A DNA stretch of 63,924 bases from Thecamonas trahens ATCC 50062 (Eukaryota; Protista; Apusomonadida). The DNA is taken from assembly GCF_000142905.1 (NCBI RefSeq), contig NW_013657627.1:1-63924 (forward strand), given 5' to 3'. The notes under the pieces are model-generated. The model made no database searches. It had not been told where the DNA came from and saw only the letters and a program-made list of their open reading frames with translations. This document shows, in pieces, positions 45,715 through 58,032 of the stretch (the first letter of the stretch is position 1; each line of letters begins with the position of its first letter). The position numbers and the translations under genes are program-made.

Positions 45715-45758
45715 ACCCCTCCCCCACCACCACACCCCCCCCCACACACACCCCCCCA

Positions 45759-47630
45759 ATGGCCGCAACCCCCCCAACCGTCCGTGTCGGCTGCTTCTCG
45801 GCCTTCTGGGGTGACTCCCCAACCGCCGCCGCACAACTAATCGCCTCCGGCAACCTGGACTACCTGGTCGGCGACTACCTGGCCGAGGTCACCATGTGCC
45901 TGCTAACAAAAGCCCGCCAGCGCGACCCCGCCCTCGGCTATGTCCCCGACTTTGTCTCCTCCGTCTTCAAGCCGCTCCTGCCCGACATCCTGGCCCAGGG
46001 TGTCAAGGTCTTGACCAACGCCGGCGGCCTCGACCCCATCCGCCTCAAGACAGTGCTCGACAACCATGCCGCGAGCGTCGCCGACTCGCTCCCGCGACTC
46101 CCGCGCATCGCCGTCGTCTATGGCGACGACGTCGTCGACATCCTAGACGACCTCAGGCCCCTCTTCCGCCCCGTCTCCACAGCCGGCGAGCCCGACTCCC
46201 TGCCGCCCACACACACACCGCCCATGTCCGCAAACGTCTACTTTGGTGCCACAGGTCTGGCCATGGCCCTCGACGCCGGCGCCGACTTTGTTGTCACAGG
46301 CCGCTGCGTCGACTCGGCTCTCGTCCTCGCCGCCCTCATGTCCGCCTTTGCATGGTCGCCCCACGACTACCACAAGCTCTCCGCCGGCTCGCTCGCCGGA
46401 CACATTCTCGAGTGCGGCGCCCAGTCCACAGGCGGCAACTTTACAGACTGGAAGGCTTCCGCTTCCGCAGGCCCCCACAACTGCTCCTGGGCCAACATTG
46501 GCTTCCCCATTGCAGAGGTCTGGCCAGACGGCCGCTTCGTCATCACAAAGCCGCCACACACAGGCGGCCTCGTCACCGTCGGAACAGTCTCAGAGCAGAT
46601 CGTCTACGAGATCGCAGACCCCGCTGCCTACATCCTGCCCGACGTCGTCTGCGACTGGCGAAATGTCTCCCTCACTCAACTCGGCGAGGACGTCGTCGCC
46701 GTCGCAGGCGCTCGCGGCCTCCCGCCCACCCCTTTCCTCAAGCTCGGCCTCACTCTCCTCGACGGCTACCGCGCAGAGGCTTCGCTCCTCGTCCCCGGCT
46801 TCGATGCCCCCGCAAAGGCCAAAGCCGTCGCAAACGCCATCTTCCTCCGCGCAACCTCAGCCCTCGCCTCCCGAAACGAGCAACCCTTCCTCGACACTCG
46901 CGTCGAAATTCTCGGCGCCGGCGCCCTCTTCGGCCCCTCTTACCCCTCCGCCGCAAAAGAGGTCGTCCTCCGCCTCGTCGCAAAGCACACAAACCCCGCC
47001 GCCCTGCGCGCCTTTGCCAAAGAAGTCGCCCCGGCTGCCACAGGAATGGCCCCGGGCCTCTGCGCCGCCACAACCGGCCGCCCGCGCCCCGTCCCCTGCA
47101 TCTCCTACTCCGCCGCCCTTGTCCCAAAATCAGCCATCTCCACTCTCACAATGGTCTGCGGTACAGACCATCCACTCCACTTTCTCGAGCCTCATCCCGA
47201 GCCTTTGCATCCGCCGCCCGCAACTCCCCCGCCCGCCGAAATCCCCCCCGCAACCATATCCGGTCCGCGCGCCACCGTCCCGCTCATCGCCATCGCCTGG
47301 GGCCGCTCCGGCGACAAGGGCGACGCCGCAAACATCGGCATCATCGCACGCCGCCGCGAGTTTTACCCCGAAATCAAGGCCCAGCTCACCACAGACGCAA
47401 TCGCAAACATCCTCGCTCACCTGGTCGACGGCCACATCGTGAGGTACGACCTCCCGGGCCTCGCCGCTGTCAACTTTGTCTGCCGCAGCGCTCTCGGCGG
47501 CGGCGGCATGCGCTCGCTTAGACTCGATCGCCAGGGCAAGTCCTATGCCCAGATTGTCTTGTCCACCATGTTGGTCACCGTGCCTGTCGCCTGGCTCGAC
47601 CACCACATCATGCCCTCGTCGCGCTTGTAA
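45759..47630 (+). CDS. Acyclic terpene utilisation AtuA-family (DUF1446) protein
   Basis: SAFWGDS, DYLVGDYLAEVTM, TNAGGLDP, VVTGRCVDSAL, GHILECGAQSTGGNF, GRSGDKGD and LRLDRQGKS in an intact 623-aa ORF. Confidence 0.92.
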   Translation: MAATPPTVRVGCFSAFWGDSPTAAAQLIASGNLDYLVGDYLAEVTMCLLTKARQRDPALGYVPDFVSSVFKPLLPDILAQGVKVLTNAGGLDPIRLKTVLDNHAASVADSLPRLPRIAVVYGDDVVDILDDLRPLFRPVSTAGEPDSLPPTHTPPMSANVYFGATGLAMALDAGADFVVTGRCVDSALVLAALMSAFAWSPHDYHKLSAGSLAGHILECGAQSTGGNFTDWKASASAGPHNCSWANIGFPIAEVWPDGRFVITKPPHTGGLVTVGTVSEQIVYEIADPAAYILPDVVCDWRNVSLTQLGEDVVAVAGARGLPPTPFLKLGLTLLDGYRAEASLLVPGFDAPAKAKAVANAIFLRATSALASRNEQPFLDTRVEILGAGALFGPSYPSAAKEVVLRLVAKHTNPAALRAFAKEVAPAATGMAPGLCAATTGRPRPVPCISYSAALVPKSAISTLTMVCGTDHPLHFLEPHPEPLHPPPATPPPAEIPPATISGPRATVPLIAIAWGRSGDKGDAANIGIIARRREFYPEIKAQLTTDAIANILAHLVDGHIVRYDLPGLAAVNFVCRSALGGGGMRSLRLDRQGKSYAQIVLSTMLVTVPVAWLDHHIMPSSRL

Positions 47631-47769
47631 ACCAAAACCATCCCCTCCCCGTCTTGCCCCATCCATTGTTCCTTGCTGCCTCTCGAACACCCTTGCACAT
47701 CTCGCCAAATTCTCGTTCTCAAACTACCGGAAGAACAACAACACCACCCCGTCCCCGACACATCCTCAC

Positions 47770-49745
47770 ATGGACGTGGCCGCCTCGCCAGCAAACACCC
47801 GCCCATCTCGACATGCTGCCACACGGAACCTCATTCTCAAATCCTTGTCCATGCTGGCTGGCGCTCGCCGCTCCCATCCGCCTCTCCCTGCTATCTACCG
47901 CTCCGACGTCAACGCCCCCCTCGACCTCGCCTCACCGTTCTCGCCTGCCTCCTCGCTCTCCTCCTCCTCCTCCTCCTCCTCCTCCTCCTCCTCCTCCTCC
48001 TCCTCGCTCCGCTCCGCACCCGCCCGCGCCTCGGCTTGGATCCCCCTCCACGACTGCAACCTACCCACAACTCCCGACACCAGCTACCGCATCGTGACAA
48101 AGCTGTGGGACGACGTCTCCGCTCTCGTCCTCCCGCTGCTGCCCGACCAGTCCAACCTCCACGCCTCGTGGTTCCTCGAGACCTGGCTCGCTCCCACAAT
48201 CCCGGGTGTGCATGTCGTCGACCAAGCCGGCCATCCACACCCCGGCCCGCTCCTTGTCGAGCGCGTCGCACTTGCCATCGCCCCTACCGCGACTCTGCAG
48301 ACCGTAAGCGCCTGCCGCGCCCCACTCTCCTCGCCAACGAGCACATCGCCATACTCCTCCGCTCGCTCCTTGCACGCCTCCACCTCTTGCCGTGCCACAC
48401 CCTCAAGCGCAACATCGACGCCTCAATCATCCCGCACCTCGCTACCTTTGTCACCGTCGCCACAGGCGATCTCGCCACCCGCCGCACCGGCTTTCGCCCA
48501 AACGCCTCCCTCAACTCCGTAGACCTGCCGCCCGTCCACGCCCCGTTTGCCGTCATCTCCATGTCTGTCACCTACGACTCCTGCGCCGCCCTCCTCTCCT
48601 CCTCCCCCCCCGCAACAGATGCCACAGGCTCCACCGTCGCCGACATCCTCGCCCTCTCGCCAGAGGACATCCACGGCGAGTTCCTCGCCACAGTCTCGCC
48701 CTCCGCCATCCCCGTCAACTCGCCCGTCCGCCTCCGCTCCCCGCCGCGCCCAAAGCCTGCCCCACTCGCCACCCCGCTCACCCCGTCAGCAGATGCCCAC
48801 GTCCGCGACACCCTCTTTCGCGATCCCGCCGCTCCCGCCGCAACAGACTCCAAGCCGCCCGTGCCGGAACGCGACCTCGCCTCCGTCCCGCCAGTTGCCG
48901 CCGCCCTCGCCCCGCAGGCCGCGGGCCAGTCCACCCCGCCGCGCCCGCTGCGCTCGCGCTCCTTCGCCGGCGCCGCCCAAGAAGTCGCCTGTGAGCTCCC
49001 GCCCGTCTTTGCCAAGCGCAGAGTCAATCGCAACCGCCGCTCTGTCCCCTCCTCCCTCTCCATCGCACTCGAGTCGTCATCCGCCGCAGCGCCCGCCTCC
49101 ACGACCGTTGCCCATCCAGCGACACACACGACAGAGCCCTCGTCGCCGCTTCCGGTTCCGGACCCCGCCGTCGCCGTTCCCGCCCGCGTCGTCACCTCGC
49201 TATCCGACATGGCCAATCCCGTCACCCCGCCCTTCTCCGTCCTCGCCTCCGCCTCGGGTGGCTCCGTCTCGTCACCGAGAATGATTGTCGGCTCCGCCGC
49301 CTCGCGGCCCGCCTCACGCCTCACCCCACCCTTTGGCTCCATCGGCTCGTATCCGCACGGCGCCGCCTCCCTCTCCTCCGTCGGCTCCTACGGCTCGCTG
49401 CCCACAGTCTCACCCTTCAAGTCCACCGTCCACTCGGTCTCGTCCTCGCCAGGCTCGTCGCTCTCCACCACACCCGTCGCCGGCCTCGCCGTCTCCACCT
49501 CGCCCGCCCCGTCCCTCTACGGAGCAGGTCTTGCTCCCGCCACCGACGTCCAGCCCGCCTTTGTCGTCGACAACCCGCCACCGCCGCCAACTGCCTCCGA
49601 AGACATCGGCTCCTTTGTGGCCCTTCTTGACCCGCCCGTCGCCGGGAACCGCTCCTCCGTAGGGGAGTCGGTCGTCACCTCCGCCTCTGTCGTGGACTTG
49701 TTGGGCGGCTTTGAGGAGCTGTTGATGGAAATGGACGATCCGTAG
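47770..49745 (+). CDS. ATG13: Autophagy-related protein 13 (HORMA domain plus disordered tail); frameshift at ~48283
   Basis: LLVER, ILLRSLLARLHLLP, PVHAPFAVISMSVTY, an S/P-rich disordered region and C-terminal EDIGSFVALLD resemble Atg13. Adding one C joins the two frames. Confidence 0.72.
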
Positions 49746-50245
49746 ACTGTGCTCGTTCGCCGCCCGACCGGAGAGACAACCTGCCTGCAGACCGGCATGC
49801 GCCGCTTGGATCGCCCTGCTTCGGCTTGCCCGCCTTCACCCCCGCCTGCCCTCGATCACATCTACTCAATACATGCGCTTTTCCTTTGCCCTCGCCCAGA
49901 ACGTCCCTCCCTCACAACGCCGCTCCAGCGACTGCCGTCTCGCACACGCCTACATCGCCTACATCGCCGAATCCGCTCTTGGCATCATCCAAAAGTAAAC
50001 GTCCCATGGAACACCGTCTTGCCTCTCGCGTTTTCGCGGGAACTGAAGATCAACCGATCAACCACGCATCAATCCTCCTCTGCGTGCGTGTGTGATTCAC
50101 TTTAATCATGCAGATTGGTCCCACCCGGAGGGTGGAGTACTCTGGCGCCGGAGATCGTCGGGACTGTGATGGTTGATGCTGCAGGTACGGTATTAGGTTG
50201 CGGTTGTGAGCACGCGCGGCGTGTGACACTGATCGGAGGCTGTGA

Positions 50246-50291
50246 CGAGGTCTCATCCGTGCGCAACAAGTTGCGCACGGATGAGACCTCG
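50246..50291. repeat. Perfect 22-bp inverted repeat with a 2-nt loop
   Basis: CGAGGTCTCATCCGTGCGCAAC-AA-GTTGCGCACGGATGAGACCTCG. Confidence 0.97.
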
Positions 50292-53200
50292 GCGGGGGCC
50301 TACGGCCGCCCGCTGCATCCCGAGTCACGCGGTCTTTCCCCCCAGGTATAGGTTGTGACTTCATTGATGCTGGATCTATCTACTGCGTGAGTGGCGGGGC
50401 GACGTCGTTGGCTGTGGTGCGCTGCAACTCGCGTTTGAGGTTGTCAGGCAACTTGAGGCGGTTGAGATAGTTGAATGTGGGCGACTGGAAGAAGATGAGG
50501 CCACTGCGAGTTCGTGCTCTGGACATGGCGACGTAGAGAGCCTAAGCAGAGAGAGTCGCGTGGGGTGAGTTGGTCTTCTCGGCAAAGGCGGGGATGATGG
50601 CGACGGAGAGGCTAGTGCCTTGGACCTTGTGGACGGTGGAGGCAAAAGCGGAGACGATGGGCAGTTGGCGAAGGGAGAAGTTGATCTTGGTTGGGGCATG
50701 TGCGGTTCTGTTGGCTGAAGGGACGGTGAGCCGGCATCCAGAAGCGGCGCGAGGCACGACAGCGACGACGGAAGTGCCTGGTAGGTGTGAGGAAGTGCCT
50801 GGTAGGTGTGAGGTGCGGCCACGGAGGGACGGAACGTCGACGTAGACCACAGCAGGGAGGGTGTTGGGGATGCGTACGACCGAGTTGGGGACGGAGCGAG
50901 AGAGGATCTTGTGTACGAATGTGACGTTGTCAGGGAAGACGACGCCGACGACGATACCAGTTGTGCCGTTGCAGATGGCAGCGGAGGTGGCGATGTTGTC
51001 GATGAACATGACGGGAGTTCCGATGGCGAGCAGGACACGCATGTCGTAGTAGCAAGTGGCGCTTGAGCCGGGAAGGCGAAGGAGAAGGTTGCGGGTTGAG
51101 TCGCGAGGTGGGGAGCAAGCGATGGAGATGACGGCTTCAACCATGATCGGCGGCGGGGCTTCGGCAGCGTGTGCACCTGCGGCGATGCGAGCATAAATGG
51201 TGGTATTCCAAGCAACGCGAGCAGCGTTCGAGCAGACAATGATTCGAGTGTCGAGGGCAGAGGCAGTTGTTAGGGCGGCTGCGATAGCCTTCGCCCGGCC
51301 GGCGGCGGTGGCGAAGGTGCGGCTGCGCATGAGGTTGGCGACGGAGCCGTTTGGGGCGAAGCTGCCGTTGCGTGCGATGGCGAGTTGATGGCCAAAGGCT
51401 GGGTCGCTGCGGGCTCTGTTGTTGATCTTAAGGATGACGACTGCAGCCGAGGCAGCGGCCCAGAGGTTGACACCGATGTCTTCGAATTCTGTGGTTGCAT
51501 TGTGTAGGCGAGCGGCGCGCTGGGCGCGCTGTCTGGTGCTGAGGTAGGTTTCGAAATGGATGTAGACAGGGTGGGCGAGGACTGGGGCGAGCTGAGCGAG
51601 GTCACCGACAAAGACCACGTTCGCACCGCCGAAGAGAGGGGTGTTGGAGTCAAAGGGAGGCATATCGTTGGCCTTGCACAAGGCGCAGTGAATGTAGGTA
51701 AGGGTTGTGATGGAGAGCATGGAGACCTCGTCGATGACGTGAATGTGTGCGGCGCGGAGGTAGGGGGTGAGTGGTGAGGGCGAGTTGTTCCAAGTGGCCT
51801 TGCGATGTCCGATGGGAACGGAGTACAAGGAGTGGACGGTGTGGCCATCGATGAGAGTGGAGGCGAGACCGGTGGGAGCGGATGTAGTGACGCCGTTGGA
51901 CAAGCCCCAAGAGCGAGAGAGAGCCTTGAGGGCATTGATGCAGTGTGACTTGCCGCAGCCTCCGGCACCACTCAAGTACATAGCGAGCTGGCCGGGCCTC
52001 ATGTTCTCCTGGTGAGGGTAGGGGAGGTCGTCGAGACGTGGGAGACCAGCGGCAAACTGGGGAGCTGCATCCACAATAGAAGTACGAAGCGAGTAGAGCA
52101 GGGCCGAGCCAGCGATGACTAGGAAGTTGAGGGCAAAGTCGGCAGAGATGTAGGCGATGGAGGCGCGGTTAGGGAGTGCAGCGCCGAAAGACGGTTGCTC
52201 TGGGACGTTTGGCGAGCGACCAGGGTCGGGTTGGGGAGCAGCCGTGTTCGAGGGTTCGCGCAGGTCGAACGGCAGGGTATGAGAGTGGCGCAGCCAGTCG
52301 ACGGTGCCCAGCGAGGAGGAGATGGTGGTGTCGATGAGCTGGACACGTTCGAGAGCCACGCGTGGCGTCCACTGCTGCATGGGATGGTTGCGAGCGGCAG
52401 GGTTGGGGTGGAGAGCTGGATGGTCAGGGGTTGGAGCGCCGACGACCGCTTCGATGGCTTGCTTGTTCACGTCCTTGAAGCCTTTGTTGATGTCCTTGGT
52501 GAGACCGCGAACGCTCCGCATGGGGATCGTGGAGTAGCCTGCGGCGGTTGCGGCAGGTGCAGCAACTGGCGTTGCTGCGGCAGCGGTAGCGGGGCCGGCA
52601 GCTGGATGAATTGGCAAGGATGGTTGCAGGAGACCTGCAGGAGGGGTGAGACGTCCAACTTGGCGACAAGCCAATGTGGGCGGGAGAGGGCCGTGGCAGC
52701 TGCGACAGCATCTGCGACAGCATCGTCATTTCCGGCATGAGATGTAGTGGCCATGGTGGCAGCGGTGGTGACGAGGTTACCGATGACGTTGTCAAAGTCA
52801 GTGACGCCGATGCGCTCCTGCATAGCGGCAGAGACGCCGACCGGGGCAGGAATGGCAGCGAGGACGTTGGCGGCGGTAGGTTCGGTATCCGGGCCTTGTT
52901 GGGTGAGATGGGCGGCTGTGTCAAGGGTAGCAATGGAGGCATGGACCAACTGATCGACATCGTCAGGAGAAAGCGCGGATGTCGGGATGCCACCAGAGGC
53001 AGACGACCGGTCGACGTCGACCTTTGCAGGTGGGGGCAGTGGGTTGTTGGCTGTGGCGCCAATGCCGGAGGCTTCATGGAGCTTGGCCATGGTGCGGTCA
53101 TGGGCGAACGCCAGACGACGGAGAGCGTCGCGACAGCAGACGGCGACAGAGGGGAGGCGAAGGTCTGGGCGGTCGAGATCAGGCGGGACAAGCGAGGCAA

Positions 53201-55359
53201 AGCGGCCGGCAGAGGTGGCGTAGTCGTTGAGAGCAGCGATGGCGGCATTGGCGAGATCGAGAGGTGAGATGGCGGCGCCAGGGGGCAGGAGCTGGTCGAT
53301 GTAAGAGAAGAGGATATCAAGGGCATTGTCTGAGGAAGCATGCGGAAGCCAGCGGAGGACAACCAAGGCTGAAAAGCGGATGGCGTCCTCGTCGGTGGTA
53401 TCAGCGTCGGGATGCAAGCGCCACTTGAAGGACAGGGCAGGGCCAACTGGACGAACGACAGTAGTGGCGACAGCGCGATCGGTTCGCCGGCGGAGGCCAT
53501 GGGTGGCAAACTGGAGGTGGGACGAGTTGAACAAGATCCAACCTCGTGGGAACTCTAAGAGTGTGTCGTGGTCGAAGTGTGCAGCTGCCAGCGGGGGCGG
53601 CTGAGACTGGGCAGCGGCGTTGGCGCTGCTGCTGCGTCCGTGACCTCGCCTGTTCGCGTGCATACGCGAGACAGAGGCAAAGCCGTGGCGATTGATGTCG
53701 GCGATAAGGTGGGCAATGTAGGCGTCGTCATACTCGTCGTTGGTCGAGGTCATCAGCTCGCAGATGGAGTTGGTGACGGTGCGGAGGCGTGAGGGCAAGA
53801 CGCGTTTGTCAAACAGGCGGCAAAAGGTGTCCAGCGGCAAGTGAGCGAGAAGCGGATCGCGGAAGACGTAGTCGTCGACCAGCGACTTGGTGCCGAGCGA
53901 AAAGATGACTGGGTCGGCGGTCTGAGTGTCGGCGCGGGGTGCGGGTGCGTTGCCGATGAGAGTAAGGTCAGGCAGGTCGTTGACAGCGGGATCGTCAGCG
54001 ACAGCGTGCTCGGGATCGCGCCGAGGGTGGACAGGCTGCTCGGCCCGGTGGAGCATGGCATTAGCGCGCGCGAGGCGACGCGCGATGGCATCGGAGAGGC
54101 GCCTGAAGCGGGTGGGGAGGTAGACGACTCGGACGTCATGCGAGCGGAGGACATCGTTGCCGTTGAGGAGGATGAAGGCAGCAAGAGTGGCTGGGACCTC
54201 GCACTGCGATGTCTTGGCGTAGACGACAGAAGCGTGACAACGAGCCAGTCTCTGCTTTCGGGTGATGTCGATGTCATGAGCTAGGCTGGCCTTCTTGTTC
54301 GCGTAGGACGCGATGGCGAGCGAGTCTCGGGCAGTGGGACCATTGTAGAGCTTGAAAGCATACTTTGCAGCGTAGTAGACACAGTTGACAGAGCCCGACA
54401 ATAGGAGCAGGCGAACGTCGGTGTTGGAGCGGAAGATGTAGGTGAGGGCCGGATGGTACGCGTTGAGCCAGCGCGAGTCGGCAGGTCGCGCGTGAATGAG
54501 GTGAAACGACTTGTCAAGGAACGGATGCTCGGACAGATCGAGTCCCTTGGCAATAGTCTTGGCATGGGAATCGCGGGGCATGCGATAGCGGCAGGTTGGG
54601 TCGGTGGCCTGGCCGCGAGTGGTCTGCCTTCTCTTGAAGCAAGAGGCACGATGTGTCCAGGCATGGGTGTTGACGGACAAGAGCAAGTACTGCAGATACA
54701 GCAGAAAGGCGAGGTCTTCGGCCGAAGCAGGGCACGTGCCAGTGGCACGATAGGGTGTGGTGACTACGGGTCGCGGCTCGAGGCGCAGTTCAGGACCGAT
54801 GTCTGACATGGGCTTTTCCGACTTCAAGTCTTCGGCGACCAGTTCCAGGGGGCCGACGCACTCTTTGAAGTTGCTGATGACGTGCTCGGCGATGTTGTCG
54901 AGTACGCGTGAGACGGTAAACAAGGATGAGCACGCACGACACTTGACAAGGCGCGGCTCAGTTGCGTTGCGTGACGGCCGGGAGTAGGCGTCGGTGCTGG
55001 CGGGGACAGCGACGAACTTGCTTACACGGCCGGGGCATGAGCCGCCGTGCCCGCAGACCAGGGGTGGGAAGCCGTTGAACGTGTCCTCGATAAAGGCCAG
55101 AGTGGCAAGCGAGAGAGGATTGGCGTGCCATACGCCACGTGAGGCATAGCGAAAGAAGTCAGCGGCAAAGCCACTGTCGCTCACCTGTGGCTGCGGGTCA
55201 GCCACGATCGGGGACGAGGTGTGGCGGGCGAGTCTCGGCAAGGCGTCGACGGCAGGCGGTGGTCTCTCTGTCGGCAAGCTCGTAGTCCGCAAGAGAACGA
55301 CAGGGGCGCCTGGTAAGTAGTATGGCACCACACCAAAATCATCGATCTCGAAGACGGTG

Positions 55360-55845
55360 GCAATGGCGGCGGCGGGAGCGGTGGGGGCGGCAGCGTCGGT
55401 GGGGGCGGGAGCGGTGGGGGCGACAGCGTCGGTAGGAGCGGCAGTGTCGGTGGGAGCGGCAGCGTCGGTGGGAGCGGCAGCGTCGGTGGGAGCAGCAGCG
55501 TCGGTGGAAGCGGCAGCATCGGTGGGAGCGGCAGCGTCGGCGGGAGCAGCAGCGTCGGTGGGAGCGGCAGCGTCGGTGGGAGCGGTAGCATCGGTGGAAG
55601 CGGCAGCGTCGGTGGGAGCGGCAGCGTCGGTGGGAGCGACAGCATCGGTGGGAGCGGCAGCGTCGGCGGGAGCAGCAGCGTCGGTGGGAGCGGCAGCGTC
55701 GGTGGGAGCGGTAGCGTCGGCGGAAGCAGCAGCGTCGGTGGGAGCGGCAGCGTCGGTGGGAGCGGCAGCATCGGTGGTGGGCTCGGGCTCGGGCTCAGGC
55801 TCGGGGGTGGGCTCGGGCTCCGGCTCGGGCTCGGGCTCGGGCTCG
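55360..55845. repeat. In-frame 18-bp (TDAAAP) minisatellite plus PE repeats within Rep
   Basis: GCGTCGGTGGGAGCGGCA repeated more than 20 times, then a GGCTCG run. Confidence 0.95.
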
Positions 55846-56075
55846 GGAGGAGGCGCCGGCGATGAGGATGCACCAGAGGGAGGGACGTGATCGAGAAAGC
55901 GAAACATGACCTCAATGGATGGGTCTGTTGCAAGGATGCCTGACAGAGGCACAACGTGTGGATGCTGCCTGATGACGTGGTTGATTGCCCTATTGCGCTC
56001 CTCTGCGAGTTGCGCCTGAAACGCCTCGGTGGTCATGTTGAGGTCGCGGATCCAGATGAGGATGTGCGCGTGAAG

Positions 56076-57190
56076 CGCTGCGGAGGAAGGATGTCGAGTT
56101 GGAAGAGGAGCGGCGGATGGCTAAGCGGATGCAGCTGGAGAACGAGACACTGCAGGGCATCAACGATCAGCTGACCGGCGAGATCGAGGCTCATCGGGCA
56201 GCTGTCTTTCGGCTCGAGGCGCACGTGCGCTCGCTCCAGAGCGCGCTTCGTGACGCCGGCTCACCGCACCGGGTCCAAATTGGCAGTGAAAGTGGCTACG
56301 AGGCTTCGATGGCGCCTGCGTCTGCAGACATGGGCGAGACCAGGCGGCCAAGCGAGATGCCGGGAGGCGGAGCGAGAGCTGGCGACTCGACAGTGCACGC
56401 TGAGTGCACGCCGAGTACGCCGCTGGACGAGTACCTCGCACGCCGGGTACAAAACGCATACGAGCATCATCAGCTGGCTCAGGCTCAGGCGGCAGCAGTG
56501 GCAGCAGCCGATGAGCTAGCCGGCGTCAAGGCCAAACGCGATGCGCTTGCCGCCGAAGTCAACGCCGCCCGTGGCAACGTCGCCGGCATGGCTGCGCTCA
56601 AGGATGAGCTCGCTACCGCGACAGCCGAGCGCAACGCCCTTGTTGCTGCCGTCGCCGAGTACGAATCCGCGCTTGCCGAACTCCGCGACGACCGCGACAA
56701 CCTTGAGTCCACGCTAGATGCGGTCGAGGAGCGGATGTGCAGCGAAGCCAGCGACGCCCGCGCCGGCGCCGCCCAAGTCAACGACGTCACCGCCGTTCTG
56801 CGCCAGGCCTCGGCTCAGGTCGCCACCGCCGCCGAGCTCAACGACACCATCGCCTGGATGCAGGACACGCTCGAGGAGCTGATGGAAACCAACTCCCGTC
56901 TCAGCCGTGACAAGGATGGCGTCTACGACGACAACGCCGTCCTCGCCCGCGAGAACGCCACCCTCCGCGATCTCATGGCCTCGGTCATGGACACACTCCT
57001 CGCCGTCGCAGCTCGCCGCAACAAGGACAAGAAGCGTGCCGCCCGCACCGCGCATCGCCTCGCCGCAGAGCGCGACGACGCCATCATCGTCGCCAAACGC
57101 CACGCCGCCACCGTTCTCACCGAGCGTCGTCGCGCTGCCGACACCGCCGCAGATCTCGCCCTTGTCCAGGCAAAGCTCGACAACGCCAAC
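56076..57190 (+). pseudogene. Captured coiled-coil gene fragment inserted antisense in the Helitron HUH motif
   Basis: Open A/E/L/R-rich frame across the whole insert, with no stop of its own. AAG on both flanks (56073-56075 and 57191-57193). Confidence 0.75.
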
Positions 57191-57634
57191 AAGGCAACCA
57201 CGACCTTGTGTCTCGATCGACATGATGTAGGCAATGACCTCTCCAAAGAGGCCTTCGGTATGCACGGACGGGTCCTCATTGTACTTAAGGACGCGCTCGA
57301 CAAACGCGCGCATACAGTCAATGAAGAACTGAGAAGCAGCGGTGGGATCACCCGCAACGTTGGCTGTGCGCGTCCGCGCGTCAGGCACATGCTCGCGGGT
57401 CGTATCAGCGAAGCGGTCGACGTCCTCGGGTCGAAAGGCACGGTAGGAGACGTCAAACGACGCAGTGTCAGAGGGCGTGATGGTGATGAACAGGGTGGCT
57501 GGGCCGAGATCGTCGACCATGGCGAGCATCTCGCGGCGGCGGCGCAGAGCGTGATCGCGAGAGCACCAAACCATGGAACACGACGTGTCAATGTTGGACA
57601 TGAGCTTCGCGGCGGATACAAAAGCGAAGGCTGG

Positions 57635-58032
57635 TTAAACTCTAGCTGGCGCCAGCTCGATGTCACCACACCAGATGCACCTCCCAGCCTCGGACTCTTC
57701 CCCACCACCACCACCACCTCCTCCTCCATCACCTGCCACTCTGCCGGCCACAGGCGATTGACTGGCGAGCGACTTTTTTCCGCATCCACTCATTTGCCCA
57801 ACTCCATCCCCACCAGCACCAGCACCAGCACCACCAGCACCACCAGCACCACCACCAGTACTGCTTCCCCGCTGGTCACACTGCCGCCAGGCAGCAGCTC
57901 GAGTCGCATAGCCCCGCTCGCCGACCACTTCCCAAGCTCATGGGCCGAGCCACATACAGCCAGATACTCACCCCATTGAGTAGCTCCCACAGGTACAGAG
58001 ACCTTGAACCGCACGTGCGTAGGCGTGTGCAT
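57635..58032 (-). pseudogene. CBM20 (starch-binding domain) gene 5' fragment abutting the Helitron Rep
   Basis: VRFKV..TQWGEYLAVCGSAHELGKW..AMRL, and later IWCGDIEL in another frame. Confidence 0.7.

Larger units (their letters stand above)
50380..57635 (-). mobile_element. Helitron (Helitron2/Helentron-type) Rep-PIF1 helicase, disrupted and 5'-truncated
   Basis: Rep: LGPATLFITITP, ETQGRGCL/HAHILIW, HRASCFK..CRYRMP, NAYHP..RSNTD, YAAKYAFK. Helicase: GAGGCGKS, IDEVSM, GDLAQLAPV, TVHKVQG, YVAMSR. Premature TAG at 50542 and a frameshift at ~52670. Confidence 0.9.

Noticed and set aside
56099-57979. 626-aa plus-strand ORF as a genuine gene
   Set aside because: It is a chimera of the inserted coiled-coil fragment and antisense Rep/CBM20 sequence.
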